Shown: in pieces, positions 10,601 through 18,949 of the stretch
Numbering within the stretch: position 1 is the stretch's first letter
Layout of the letters: each line of letters starts with the position of its first letter
Assembly (NCBI GenBank): GCA_041912555.1
Contig: JAYRMU010000032.1
Location: forward strand, 45,614 to 109,613
Reading direction: 5' to 3'
Source of the DNA: Thermoanaerobaculia bacterium
GTDB lineage: Bacteria; Acidobacteriota; Thermoanaerobaculia; UBA5066; Gp7-AA6
DNA: 64,000 nt
The notes under the pieces: model-generated
The model's database searches: none
Told to the model about the DNA's origin: nothing
Seen by the model: the letters and a program-made list of their open reading frames with translations, nothing else
Made by a program: the position numbers and the translations under genes

Positions 10601-10765
10601 GCCGACGCGGCGCCGACGCCCGACGCGGTCACCGGGTTCGGCCAGCGCGGCGAGGCCGTCGAGCAGGGCCTGGCCGCATGGCGCGCGTTCGGCGCGGCCG
10701 AGGTGCCGAAGGCCAACCGCGCGCTCGCCGCGGCGGGCCTCCCGGCTCTGCGGCCGGGTGCCTGA
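7640..10765 (+). CDS. Secreted VPS10/BNR-repeat glycosyl hydrolase-like protein
   Basis: AGGAGG RBS, signal peptide, GPFRGGR motif, many SxDGGxTW Asp-box repeats, C-terminal coiled coil. Confidence 0.9.
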   Translation: MRSARRCAVIAGLALGAARILAAQPFDAGLFSGMRWRMAGPFRGGRVLAVTGVPGQPNRFYFGAVGGGVWETGNAGRTWEPVFDAQPVASIGAIAVAPSDPRVLYVGSGEADMRSDISYGNGVYRSGDGGRTWTHAGLEGTRQIGRIVVDPRDANRVYVAALGHAYGPNPERGVYRSTDGGRTWSLVLHKNDDTGAIDLALSPGNARTILAALWQTRRPPWNTYPPSNGPGSGLYRSDDGGDTWAPVAGGFPSEKLGRVGIAFAPSDPRRVYALVDAKDGGLWASADGGATWTRASADPRIWERGWYFGGVTVDPRDPNTVYACDTAMYRSTDGGRTFLPVKGAPGGDDYHELRIDPADPRRMIVGSDQGAVVTVDGGRTWSSWYNQPTAQFYHVATDDRFPYWIYGAQQDSGAAATPSRTDYPSITARDWRPISVGGENGYIAPDAGSGAAIVYGGSVGRFDARTLQELDVDPTLAYPGDYRGEWTLPLAQSPRPPHALYFGNQFVFRTTDGGAHWDRISPDLTREAPAVPATLDPATAADSATAGPRRGVVYAIAPSPLVDGLLWCGTDDGLVWRTRDDGAHWENVTPPALSAWSKVGVLEASRFDADTVYAAVDRHRLDDLAPYVYRTRDAGKTWTAIASGIPAGSFVNVVREDPERRGLLYAGTETGVFVSFDDGGHWQPLQAGLPNCSVRDLSVRRGDLVAGTHGRSFWVLDDLSPLRQLDAKIASTPAWLFAPREAVRLNPAGFQGTPDPKDEPSAENPPRGAVLDYALAAAPAAPLVLEILDARGEVVRRYASDEAAEPPDTQKIQVTEDWVAAPAPPPASAGMHRFVWDLHYAAPPNLSRSRRSRGAGVWAPPGRYTVRLSAGGRTLTQPLSVVKDPRISATDEDLVRQFELARRVEALRVRVAAALAEAAALRAQAAALAPKATGAAAAALVELARALEPVAGPPVRPEEFYNLSDAAPTSLLRLTVSLSRFQGAVESADAAPTPDAVTGFGQRGEAVEQGLAAWRAFGAAEVPKANRALAAAGLPALRPGA

Positions 10766-10777
10766 GGCGGCGGCCGG

Positions 10778-11428
10778 GTGAGCGCCGCGATCGCCCCGGC
10801 CGTCGTGGCGATTCCCGGCGCGGGCGCCCGGGTGCGCGCGTTCCTGCTCGGGCGAACGCCCGTCACGAACCGCGAGTATTCGCGCGCGGTGGAGGCCGGC
10901 GCGGCCGCGGCCCCGCCGTGGTGGGGCGAGGACGCGTTCTCCGCGCCGGATCAGCCGGTCGTCGGCGTCAGCTGGGACGACGCGGTCGCCTTCTGCCGGT
11001 GGCTCGGCGCCGCGACCGGAGGGACGTGGCGGCTGCCGACCGCCGCGGAGTGGGAGCACGCCGCGTGCGGAGGGCTCGCCGCGCCGCGCACCGCCTGGGG
11101 CGACGCGGTTCCGGAGGGCGAGATTCCCCAGGGCCCGCTCTCGGGCCCGTGGAGGACCGGCCGCGGGACGCCCAACGGGTACGGTCTCTTCGACGTCGGA
11201 ACGATCGTGCACGAGTGGTGTCTCGACTGGGACCGGCCGGGACGGCGCGCGAGCCGCGGCGGCTCGTGGCGTCACGCGATCCGCTGGTCCGCGCCCTCGG
11301 CGCGCAGCAGCCTGCCCCCTTCGTACCGCTACGCGGATTACGGCTTCCGCGTTCTGCGCGGCGCGGAGGGCGGCGGCGCGCGGACGGCGGCGCCGACGGA
11401 CGCTCCGCGGAGTTCCGGGGGAGCGTGA
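10778..11428 (+). CDS. FGE-sulfatase (SUMF1/EgtB/PvdO) domain protein
   Basis: PVTNREY, RLPT.AEWE.A, NGYGL.D, EWC.D, RGGSW, GFR motifs. Confidence 0.85.
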   Translation: MSAAIAPAVVAIPGAGARVRAFLLGRTPVTNREYSRAVEAGAAAAPPWWGEDAFSAPDQPVVGVSWDDAVAFCRWLGAATGGTWRLPTAAEWEHAACGGLAAPRTAWGDAVPEGEIPQGPLSGPWRTGRGTPNGYGLFDVGTIVHEWCLDWDRPGRRASRGGSWRHAIRWSAPSARSSLPPSYRYADYGFRVLRGAEGGGARTAAPTDAPRSSGGA

Positions 11429-11471
11429 CGCGGAGCCGAAGGGATTTTCGTTTCGGAAGATCGGGATCGCG

Positions 11472-11480
11472 TGCTATAAA
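11472..11480 (+). promoter_or_regulatory. Extended -10 promoter (TGcTATAAA)
   Basis: TGn-TATAAA in an AT-richer intergenic region. Confidence 0.55.
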
Positions 11481-11574
11481 GATCGAGAATCCTGGCTCCG
11501 CCGGATGGCATCCAACGACGATGTGAGGGGAGCGCAGACGAGCTTGGAAGGCAGAGTTCGGAACGTTTGAATCG

Positions 11575-11608
11575 AGCGGGCGCCGCAAGGCGCCCGCTTC
11601 TTTTTTTT
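11575..11608 (+). terminator. Strong intrinsic terminator
   Basis: Perfect 10-bp stem AGCGGGCGCC-GCAA-GGCGCCCGCT followed by TCT8. Confidence 0.9.
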
Positions 11609-11643
11609 CCGGCCGTCCGGCCGGGCGGATGGGAGGTGGGTCG

Positions 11644-12081
11644 ATGACGATCACGCGTGCGGGACGCCCCCGGAGCGCGCGCTTTGCGCGGCAACTTGTT
11701 CAGGTCTCCGGTTTCGTGTTCTACCTCCTGGCGGTCCAGGCCCTCGTGACCGCGGGCGTCGGGGCGCACGTGTTCCGCACGAGCCACCACGCCCCGGACC
11801 TCCTCCTGCCGGGCGCCTCGCTGCTCCTGGCCGGCGCCTACGCCGTGGTCGGCTTCCACCTGCGGCGCTACCGCCTCTGGGCGAGGAACTTCGCGTTCGC
11901 GTTCGCGGGGATCAGCCTGTTCGCGTTTCCGATCGGGACGGGCCTCGCCCTGGTCATCGTCGTCGGTCTCGTCGGCGGTAACCGGGCCGGGGTCTTCCCG
12001 TCGCTGCGCCGGCGGCCGAGGGACGAGGAATCGCCGCTCCTGCGCTTCGAGCCCGAGCTCGTCCCCGAACGGGTCGGGTAG
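11644..12081 (+). CDS. Hypothetical membrane protein
   Basis: GGGAGG RBS; about 3-4 hydrophobic segments; FP.GT motif. Confidence 0.7.
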   Translation: MTITRAGRPRSARFARQLVQVSGFVFYLLAVQALVTAGVGAHVFRTSHHAPDLLLPGASLLLAGAYAVVGFHLRRYRLWARNFAFAFAGISLFAFPIGTGLALVIVVGLVGGNRAGVFPSLRRRPRDEESPLLRFEPELVPERVG

Positions 12082-12092
12082 GCGAGGCGGGC

Positions 12093-12428
12093 GTGCTGAG
12101 CCGGGCCTTCACGACCACCGCCCCGGATCTTCCGGGCTACCGGGTGGCGCGCAGCCTGGGGATCGTGCGCGGCATCGTCGTCCGCTCCCGGAGCATCGTG
12201 GGCACGATCGGCGCGGGGATCCAGAGCCTCTTCGGCGGGAACATCACGCTCTGGACCGAGATGTGCGAGCACGCCCGCCAGGAGGCGTTCGACCTGATGG
12301 CGCGGCACGCCGAGCAGATGGGCGCCAACGCCGTCATCGCGTTCCGGTACGACGCCACCGAGGTGTCCGCCGGCGTCACCGAAGTCCTCGCCTACGGCAC
12401 GGCGGTCGTCGTCGAGCCGGAGCGCTGA
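12093..12428 (+). CDS. YbjQ/UPF0145-family protein
   Basis: [30 protein letters not shown] motifs. Confidence 0.9.
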   Translation: MLSRAFTTTAPDLPGYRVARSLGIVRGIVVRSRSIVGTIGAGIQSLFGGNITLWTEMCEHARQEAFDLMARHAEQMGANAVIAFRYDATEVSAGVTEVLAYGTAVVVEPER

Positions 12429-12461
12429 CGGGCTCGGGGGCGCGGAAGGCGTGAGGCGGCG

Positions 12462-12764
12462 GTGAAGGGCATTCTCATCTGGGTCCTCGTCGGGGCGCTC
12501 CTCGGCGTGGTGGCGGCGTCGTTCATCGTGCCGCCGATGCTGTCCTGGTACAACGAGGCCGGCTACCTCGCCAAGGGCGGCCAGCCCGCGGCGATGGTCA
12601 ACCTCCCCGAGGTCGTGCGCTACGCGACGACGCGCCTGATCCGCGGGCAGGCCATCGGCGGGGCCATCGGCGCCGTCGTGTTCCTGGTGCTCGGGCTCGC
12701 GTTCGGCGGACGCGGGCGCCGGCGCGCCTCGGGCGCCGCGACGCCTCCTCAGCGCGTTCCGTAA
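12462..12764 (+). CDS. Hypothetical 2-TM membrane protein
   Basis: Two hydrophobic helices; GC3-biased codons; follows ybjQ-like gene. Confidence 0.65.
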   Translation: MKGILIWVLVGALLGVVAASFIVPPMLSWYNEAGYLAKGGQPAAMVNLPEVVRYATTRLIRGQAIGGAIGAVVFLVLGLAFGGRGRRRASGAATPPQRVP

Positions 12765-12804
12765 TCGAACGCCGCCCGCGCGACCGCGGCCCCGGCCCTG
12801 TGGA

Positions 12805-12838
12805 GAAGAAAAAGGCCGGCGACCCGAAGGCCGCCGGC
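12805..12838 (-). terminator. Intrinsic terminator
   Basis: GCCGGCG/CGCCGGC stem followed by TTTTTCTTC on the minus strand. Confidence 0.7.
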
Positions 12839-12864
12839 ATGCAGGGAGGAAGGGCTCGATCCGT

Positions 12865-14025
12865 TCAGTCGTCGTCGCCGGTGTCGCCGCTGCCGTGGCC
12901 GCCGTGGTGGCTGCCGCTGCCCGTGGTGGGGGTCGCGCCGCCCGTCTGGCCGCCTCCCGACTGGCCGCCGTGATCGTCGCCGGAGTCGTGGTTGGAGGCG
13001 TCGTCGCCGCCGCCTCCCGTCTGACCCCCGTGGTCGTCGCCGGAACCCTGGTCGTCTCCGCCCGCGCCGTGGTCGCCGCCGCCGTCCTCGAGCTTGATCT
13101 CACGCGCGGTGAGCGAACCGTCGGCCGCCTTGCTCGCGTGGACTTCGACGCTGTCGCCGACCTGCGGAGCTCCGAGGATCTGCGTGGAGGCGTCGATGCC
13201 CACGACCTGGCCGGAGATGGTCCAGGACGCGTCGCCGACGGCCTCGACGATCCCGACGAACTCGACCTCGAGGCCCTGGCCGTCGTCTTCCTTCTCGATG
13301 CGGTCGGCCACCAGGGCCCCGGTGCCGTCGTCGTGGAACTTGACCTCGACGAGGTCGCCGAGGGCCGGTTCGCCCTCGAAGACGGTCTGGTCGTTCACGA
13401 CGAAGACTTTCGTGTCCACCGTCCAGGAGGCGTCGCCGACCGCGGTGACCGTGCCCTTGAGCTCCTGGTCCTCTTCGGCCTGCGCCGCGCCGGGGATGGC
13501 GCGGACCTGGGAGGCGCGAAGCGTTCCGGACGTCGTCGGGACGAGGGAAGCCGAGATGATCATGCCGGGGCGCAGGTCGCGCGCCGTCCGCAGGCTGCCC
13601 GAGGCCCCGCGGCCCGAGAAGCCGGTGCCCCGGTCGAGCTCGATTTCGAGCCCCTGAATCTCGACGTGGCGCCGGTCTTCGGCGACCGCTCCGACCGCTC
13701 CGGTCACCGACAGCGGGCTCTTGGCCTGCACCGCCACGCTGTCGGCGCGAAGGCGTCCGTCCGCTTCACGATCTCCGACGCGAAGCGTCACCGCCGTGCC
13801 GGGCGCCAGCGTCTGCGACGCGAGCGAGCGCCCGGAAGCCACCTCGGTCACGGTTCCCGCCAGCCGGAAGTGCGCGGGGACGCCGACGAGAGCGACGTCG
13901 TCACCCTGCACCGCCGCGATCGTCCCCGACCAGGAGCCCACGTTCGCCGCGGCGCTTGCGGCCGCCGCCGAGAGGAAGACCGTCGCTGCCACCACCAGGG
14001 TTGTCCGCGTTCTCCAGGATTCCAT
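12865..14025 (-). CDS. Secreted DUF5666-repeat protein with G/D/H-rich tail
   Basis: AGGAGG RBS, signal peptide, about 4 repeats of G.V......v.G..i.....T.f....G..VeV; low-complexity DDHGGQ tail. Confidence 0.8.
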   Translation of the reverse strand: MESWRTRTTLVVAATVFLSAAAASAAANVGSWSGTIAAVQGDDVALVGVPAHFRLAGTVTEVASGRSLASQTLAPGTAVTLRVGDREADGRLRADSVAVQAKSPLSVTGAVGAVAEDRRHVEIQGLEIELDRGTGFSGRGASGSLRTARDLRPGMIISASLVPTTSGTLRASQVRAIPGAAQAEEDQELKGTVTAVGDASWTVDTKVFVVNDQTVFEGEPALGDLVEVKFHDDGTGALVADRIEKEDDGQGLEVEFVGIVEAVGDASWTISGQVVGIDASTQILGAPQVGDSVEVHASKAADGSLTAREIKLEDGGGDHGAGGDDQGSGDDHGGQTGGGGDDASNHDSGDDHGGQSGGGQTGGATPTTGSGSHHGGHGSGDTGDDD

Positions 14026-14153
14026 CTCTGACCTCCTTCCGGCCCGAAGGATTCGTGACCGGCCAGCGCAGGGTAGGATGCGCGGTAGCGTCCGATGGGA
14101 GTTTTCATGTCCCTCTCAGGAAGCGCCGGGGCGCGACGAGTCAGGAGCCGCCC

Positions 14154-14777
14154 GTGACGCCGGAGCTCCTGCTCGAAGGGCCGGGTGACGCCGCGCACAC
14201 GATCGCGCTCGCGCACGGGGCCGGCGCCCCGATGGACTCGCCGTTCATGAACCGGGTGAGCGCCGGGCTCGCGGCGCGGGGGATCCGGGTCGCGCGCTTC
14301 GAGTTTCCGTACATGGCGCGCCGCCGCACCGAGGGCCGGAAGGGAGCGCCCGACCGCATGCCGGTCCTTCAGGCCTGCTGGAGGGACGTCGTCGCCTCGC
14401 TCGGAGGCGGGCCGCGCGTCGTGGTGGGCGGGAAATCCATGGGCGGACGGATCGCGAGCATGGTCGCCGACGAGGTCGAGGCGCGGGGACTCGTCTGCCT
14501 CGGGTACCCCTTTCATCCGCCCGGGGACCCGATGCGCCTGCGCACGGCGCACCTGGCCGCCCTGCGCACGCCGGCGCTCGTCGTGCAGGGCACGCGCGAC
14601 GCGTTCGGCTCGCGCGAGGACGTCGCCGCCTACGACCTTTCGCCGGCGATCCGCATCCACTGGATCGAGTCCGGCGACCACTCCTTCAAGCCGCCCGCCA
14701 GGTCCGGCCGGACGGAGCGGGGCAACGTCGAGGAGGCCATCGCGGCCGCCGCGGCGTTCGTCGAGGCGCTGCCTTAA
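14154..14777 (+). CDS. Alpha/beta hydrolase (KANL3/Tex30-like)
   Basis: LAHGAGAPMDS, GGKSMGGR elbow, LGYPFHPPG, GDHS; AGGAG RBS before GTG 14154. Confidence 0.88.
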   Translation: MTPELLLEGPGDAAHTIALAHGAGAPMDSPFMNRVSAGLAARGIRVARFEFPYMARRRTEGRKGAPDRMPVLQACWRDVVASLGGGPRVVVGGKSMGGRIASMVADEVEARGLVCLGYPFHPPGDPMRLRTAHLAALRTPALVVQGTRDAFGSREDVAAYDLSPAIRIHWIESGDHSFKPPARSGRTERGNVEEAIAAAAAFVEALP

Positions 14778-15694
14778 CCGGCGCTTCCCGGCGGCGCGAG
14801 CAGCGGTTTCGCGAAAGGGCGCACGAGGCGGCCGAGGACGCTGCCGGCGGGGCAGCCGGCGCGCAGCCGCCGCAGGCGCCCCACCTGCTCGGCGGCGAGG
14901 AAGACCGCCGGCAACGACCAGAGCACCTCGGCGAATGCGCCGCCGGGCCGCGCCAGGGAGGAGAGCGACACCGCGGTGTTGAGCGCCGCGGCCGCGAGCA
15001 GGACGATCGCCGTGCGGCGTCCGCGTCCCAGGGCGTCGAACCCGAAGCGCGCGGCGAGACGGTCCTGGTCGGCCGGAGGGAGCAGGGCGAGCAGGGGCTC
15101 GAGGACGCGGAAGAGCTCGAGGTCGCGCGCCGCTTCCTCCTCGCTCCCGCCGGCCGCCGCCGGCAGCGGCGGCGTCCCGGAGCCGGGGACCGCCGCCCCG
15201 GTCGCGGGGCCCGGCGCGCGAGCGGGCCGCCGCAGCGCCAGCGCGACTTCCGCCGCGAGGGTGCCCATGGGCTCTCCGCCGGCCAGCGCGCTCGCCAGGC
15301 GCAGCGCCGATTCGACGAACAGGTACATCGCGACCGCGGCGGGAGGGGCGATCCAGACAGGCAGGTCCAGCCGCGCCCCCGCGACGCCGACGAGCGCGCC
15401 GACGAGCCCGAGGAACCCGGCCAGGAAGAGGGGCGCGGCCGAGGCGACCGTCATGCCGACGGCGGGCGCGCCGAAGTCGCGGTGCATCCTCTTCTGGGTC
15501 CGCGCGGGCAGCAGGCCCGCGAGCGGCGCGAGGAGGATCGAGAGGCGCCGCTTCGCGACGTCGGCGCGGCGGTCGCGCTGTTCGCCCGCGCGAATCTCCT
15601 CCGAGGCGGCGTCGTAGCGCTCCATGCGGCGGATCGCGTGCGCGTCCTCCCACGGCGCCAGGGCGTACCGCATCCCGCCGTCGGGTTCCGGCAC
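14774..15694 (-). CDS. Hypothetical membrane protein (5' end probably extends to about 15880)
   Basis: Several TM segments; frame stays open and coding-like to the TAA at 15892-15890, but the first canonical start is GTG 15694. Confidence 0.6.
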   Translation of the reverse strand: MPEPDGGMRYALAPWEDAHAIRRMERYDAASEEIRAGEQRDRRADVAKRRLSILLAPLAGLLPARTQKRMHRDFGAPAVGMTVASAAPLFLAGFLGLVGALVGVAGARLDLPVWIAPPAAVAMYLFVESALRLASALAGGEPMGTLAAEVALALRRPARAPGPATGAAVPGSGTPPLPAAAGGSEEEAARDLELFRVLEPLLALLPPADQDRLAARFGFDALGRGRRTAIVLLAAAALNTAVSLSSLARPGGAFAEVLWSLPAVFLAAEQVGRLRRLRAGCPAGSVLGRLVRPFAKPLLAPPGSAG

Positions 15695-15942
15695 CGCGCC
15701 GCGGACCTCGTAGAGGCGGCCCTCCCACTCGACCGCGGTCCCGGGGTGCTCGGCGCGCGTGTGGGTCCGCGGCGCGCGCGCCGTCCAGGATTTCGACGAG
15801 GGGCAGACGAGGACGAGCTGGCCGCCGGGACCGTGTTCGACCCGGTCTGCGCCGAAGGGGGAGGGGAGCGCGGGTTCGATCCGGGCAGCTTACTCCGCGC
15901 GGCGGCTTCTCGGCCGGACGAGGTTGGGTGTAGCGTTGGACC

Positions 15943-16209
15943 ATGGCGCGGGGCTGGGGCAAGAGCGAGGAAGACCTCGGAGCCGACAAGGAGCACGCGC
16001 GCGAGGCGGCCGAGAAGGCCGCGGCGCGGCCGTCGCGCGCCCACGCCGAGGAGGTCGTCCGCCGCCGCTCCCTCGAGCTCTCGCTCGCGCGGATCGAGGA
16101 CCTCCTCGCGAAGACCGAAAACCCCGCGCGCCGCAGCGCCCTCGAAACCGCGCGCGCGGAGCTCCAGGAACGGCTCGCCGCGAGCCCCCCGCCGGCCCCT
16201 CCGCGATGA
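15943..16209 (+). CDS. Small conserved hypothetical protein
   Basis: MARGWGKS start, coiled-coil; ATGA overlap with xth. Confidence 0.7.
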   Translation: MARGWGKSEEDLGADKEHAREAAEKAAARPSRAHAEEVVRRRSLELSLARIEDLLAKTENPARRSALETARAELQERLAASPPPAPPR

Positions 16210-16964
16210 GGGTCGCGACCTGGAACGTGAACGGGATCCGCGCCCGCGAATCCCAGGTCCGGGAGTGGATTGCCCGCGACCGGCCCGACGCCGTCTGTCT
16301 CCAGGAGATCAAGGCGAAGCCGGAGCAGATCCCGGCGATGCTCTTCGAGTCCGAGGGCTACTGGTGCTACTGGCACGGGGCCGGCGGCTACTCGGGCGTC
16401 GCGCTGCACGTGCGCAAGGACCTCTGCCCGGAGCGGCCCCCCTTCACGCACCCGGAGTTCGACCACGAGACGCGGATCGTGGCGGCCGACATCGGAGCGA
16501 TCACGGTGGCGTCGGTCTACGTTCCCAACGGCGGCAAGGACTACCCCGCGAAGCTGCGATTCCTCGAGGCGCTCGAGGGCTACGCGCGGGAACGCCGGGA
16601 GGCGGGGCGGGAGCTGCTGATCTGCGGCGACCTGAACGTGGCCCGCACCGACCGCGACGTCCATCCCCGGGAGAGGAAAGCCGGCGCGATCGGCCAGCGC
16701 GAGGACGAGAGGGCGCTCTTCGAGAAGATGATGGCCCAGGGCCTCGTGGACGTGGGCCGCGCGCTCGACCCGGACAACGAGGGGCTCTTCACCTGGTGGC
16801 CGCCGTGGCGCAACATGCGGCAGCGCAACATGGGCTGGCGGATCGACTTCATCCTGGCCAGCGACTCGCTCGCGAAGCGGGCGACGGCCTGCGTCGTCCG
16901 GGCCGACGTGGGGACGAGCGACCATGCTCCGGTCGTCGCGGACTTCGGGCCGGCCGTGGCCTGA
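16206..16964 (+). CDS. xth: Exodeoxyribonuclease III
   Basis: ATWNVNGIRAR, CLQEIK, GYSGVA, VYVPNG, GDLNVA, GWRID, SDHAPV. Confidence 0.95.
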   Translation: MRVATWNVNGIRARESQVREWIARDRPDAVCLQEIKAKPEQIPAMLFESEGYWCYWHGAGGYSGVALHVRKDLCPERPPFTHPEFDHETRIVAADIGAITVASVYVPNGGKDYPAKLRFLEALEGYARERREAGRELLICGDLNVARTDRDVHPRERKAGAIGQREDERALFEKMMAQGLVDVGRALDPDNEGLFTWWPPWRNMRQRNMGWRIDFILASDSLAKRATACVVRADVGTSDHAPVVADFGPAVA

Positions 16965-17033
16965 TCGGCGGCGGCCGGGGCCTCTTCCGGTAGTATCGGC
17001 GCCAAGCGTTCGTATCGAAGGGAGGAGACTCGC

Positions 17034-18875
17034 GTGCTGAAACACCGCCTCGTTCTTCTTCTCGCGGGGGGCGCGCTCGCGGGCGCCGTGGCCGCGCTTC
17101 CCTCACCGGACGCCCGCGAGGCGGGGGTCGAGAACGGCCTGCGGCCTCCGGTCCTGATCGAGGGCGACAAGACGTGGTCGATCGAAGAGCGGATGCGCCA
17201 CTACGGCGTTCCGGGCGTCAGCATCGCGGTCATCCGCGACTCGAAGATCGAGTGGGCGAAAGGCTACGGCCTGGCCGACGTCGAGTCGAAGCAGCCCGTG
17301 ACGCCCGCGACGCTCTTCCAGGCGGGCTCGGTCTCGAAGCCGGTCGCCGCGATGGGCGCGCTCGCCCTCGTTCAGGACGGGAAGCTCTCGCTGACCGCCG
17401 ACATCAACACGGTCCTGAAGTCCTGGAAGGTCCCCGGCAACGCGCACACGGCGAAGACGCCGGTCACGCTCGAGGAGCTCCTGTCGCACACCGCCGGCCT
17501 CACCGTCCACGGCTTTCCCGGCTACGCCGCGGGGGCGCCGCTCCCGACGGTGCCGCAGGTGCTCGACGGCGCGCCGCCGGCCAACACGGCGCCGGTGCGT
17601 GTGGACATCGACCCGGGCACGCAGTACGTGTACTCGGGAGGGGGCTACACGATCGCGCAGCTCGCGATGACCGACGTGACGGGGCAGCCCTTCCCCGCCC
17701 TCATGCAGAAGCTGGTCCTCGGCCCCCTCGGCATGAAGGAGAGCACGTACGAACAACCCCTCCCGGCGGCGCTCGCCGCCATGGCCGCCGCCGGATACGG
17801 CGCCGACGGCCAGCCCGACATGAAGCCCGTCGCGGGCAAGCGCCACGTCTATCCCGAGATGGCCGCGGCCGGGCTCTGGACGACGCCCTCGGACCTGGCG
17901 CGGTTCGCGATCGGGCTGCAGAAGATGCTCGCCGGGGGCAAGGGGCCGCTCTCGAAGGCGACGGCCGAGAACATGGTCACGCCCCGCCGGGACGACTACG
18001 CCCTGGGGCTCGGCATCCGGGAGGAAGGCCAGACGAAGTACTTCATGCACGGGGGCTCGGACGAAGGCTTCCTGACGCAGCTGACCGCGAGCACGAACAG
18101 GGGATACGGCGCGGTCGTGATGGCCAACTCGAACGCCGCGGGCCCGCTGATGGAGGAGATCCTGCGTGCGATCGGGGCGGCCTACTACTGGGAGGGATAC
18201 CAGATCGATCCGATCTCGATGGTCCGGCTGTCGCCGGAGGACCTCGCGATCTTCGCCGGGCGCTACCGCCTGGACGCCGACACGATGCTGATCGTGACGC
18301 CGTCGGGGACGGGCCTCGAGGTCGCGGTCCCCCTCGGCCACGCGATCTCCCTGGTGCCGGTGTCGAGGCAGGGCTTCGTACGCCGCGACGAGGAGACGCG
18401 ATATTCGTTCGAGCGGCGCGCCGACGGCGGCGCCGAGCTCGTCGTTTCCGGCAGGTCGAAGTCCGGCACGGCGCCGCGCGTCGACAAGACCGTCCGGGTT
18501 CCCTCGGAGGACCTCGCGGACGGGCGGTACGCGGAGGCGCTGGCCGGCTACCGGAAGATCAAGGCGGCCGACCCCTCCGACCCGGCCGTGTCCGAGCAGC
18601 GCTTCAACCAGCTCGGGTACGGGTTCCTCCAGGCCAGGAACGCCCCCGAGGCCATCCTGGTGTTCCGCGTCAACACCGAGCTCTATCCCGAATCGGCGAA
18701 CGCGTACGACAGCCTCGGCGAAGCCCTCGAGGCGGGCGGCGACAAGGCCGGGGCGATCGCGACGTACAGGAAGTGCGTCGAGGCCGCTTCGAAGCCCGGC
18801 GCCGAGAACGTCGGACAGAACGGGCCGGCTCTGGTTCATTCCCGGGAGAGGCTGAAGGCCCTCGGGGCGAGTTGA
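17034..18875 (+). CDS. Serine hydrolase (beta-lactamase family) with C-terminal TPR
   Basis: SxxK (GSVSKP), YSGGGY, HGG motifs; N.LGY..L and NAYDSLGEA TPR; signal peptide. Confidence 0.9.
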   Translation: MLKHRLVLLLAGGALAGAVAALPSPDAREAGVENGLRPPVLIEGDKTWSIEERMRHYGVPGVSIAVIRDSKIEWAKGYGLADVESKQPVTPATLFQAGSVSKPVAAMGALALVQDGKLSLTADINTVLKSWKVPGNAHTAKTPVTLEELLSHTAGLTVHGFPGYAAGAPLPTVPQVLDGAPPANTAPVRVDIDPGTQYVYSGGGYTIAQLAMTDVTGQPFPALMQKLVLGPLGMKESTYEQPLPAALAAMAAAGYGADGQPDMKPVAGKRHVYPEMAAAGLWTTPSDLARFAIGLQKMLAGGKGPLSKATAENMVTPRRDDYALGLGIREEGQTKYFMHGGSDEGFLTQLTASTNRGYGAVVMANSNAAGPLMEEILRAIGAAYYWEGYQIDPISMVRLSPEDLAIFAGRYRLDADTMLIVTPSGTGLEVAVPLGHAISLVPVSRQGFVRRDEETRYSFERRADGGAELVVSGRSKSGTAPRVDKTVRVPSEDLADGRYAEALAGYRKIKAADPSDPAVSEQRFNQLGYGFLQARNAPEAILVFRVNTELYPESANAYDSLGEALEAGGDKAGAIATYRKCVEAASKPGAENVGQNGPALVHSRERLKALGAS

Positions 18876-18949
18876 GGGAGGAGTTCGACGTCTCGTTGTG
18901 CGCGGAGAGAGCGTGGGATAGATTGCCGGGCGCTTTGCAGGAGGATTGA

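Noticed and set aside
7595-11275. Very long alternative-frame ORFs (also 886-3075, 3635-6394, 32756-36718, 39673-42372, 39750-43295, 44680-47631)
   Set aside because: Arg/Pro/Gly-rich shadow frames overlapping clearly recognisable genes; expected at this GC content.
11250-11570. FGE/C-lectin-fold C-terminus as a DGR variable region with the downstream intergenic DNA as template
   Set aside because: Only a short chance match (gcgcag..agc); no adenine-specific near-identical repeat and no reverse transcriptase in the window.
11505-11570. 21-aa leader peptide ORF
   Set aside because: No RBS and no regulatory codon run; not listed as a CDS.
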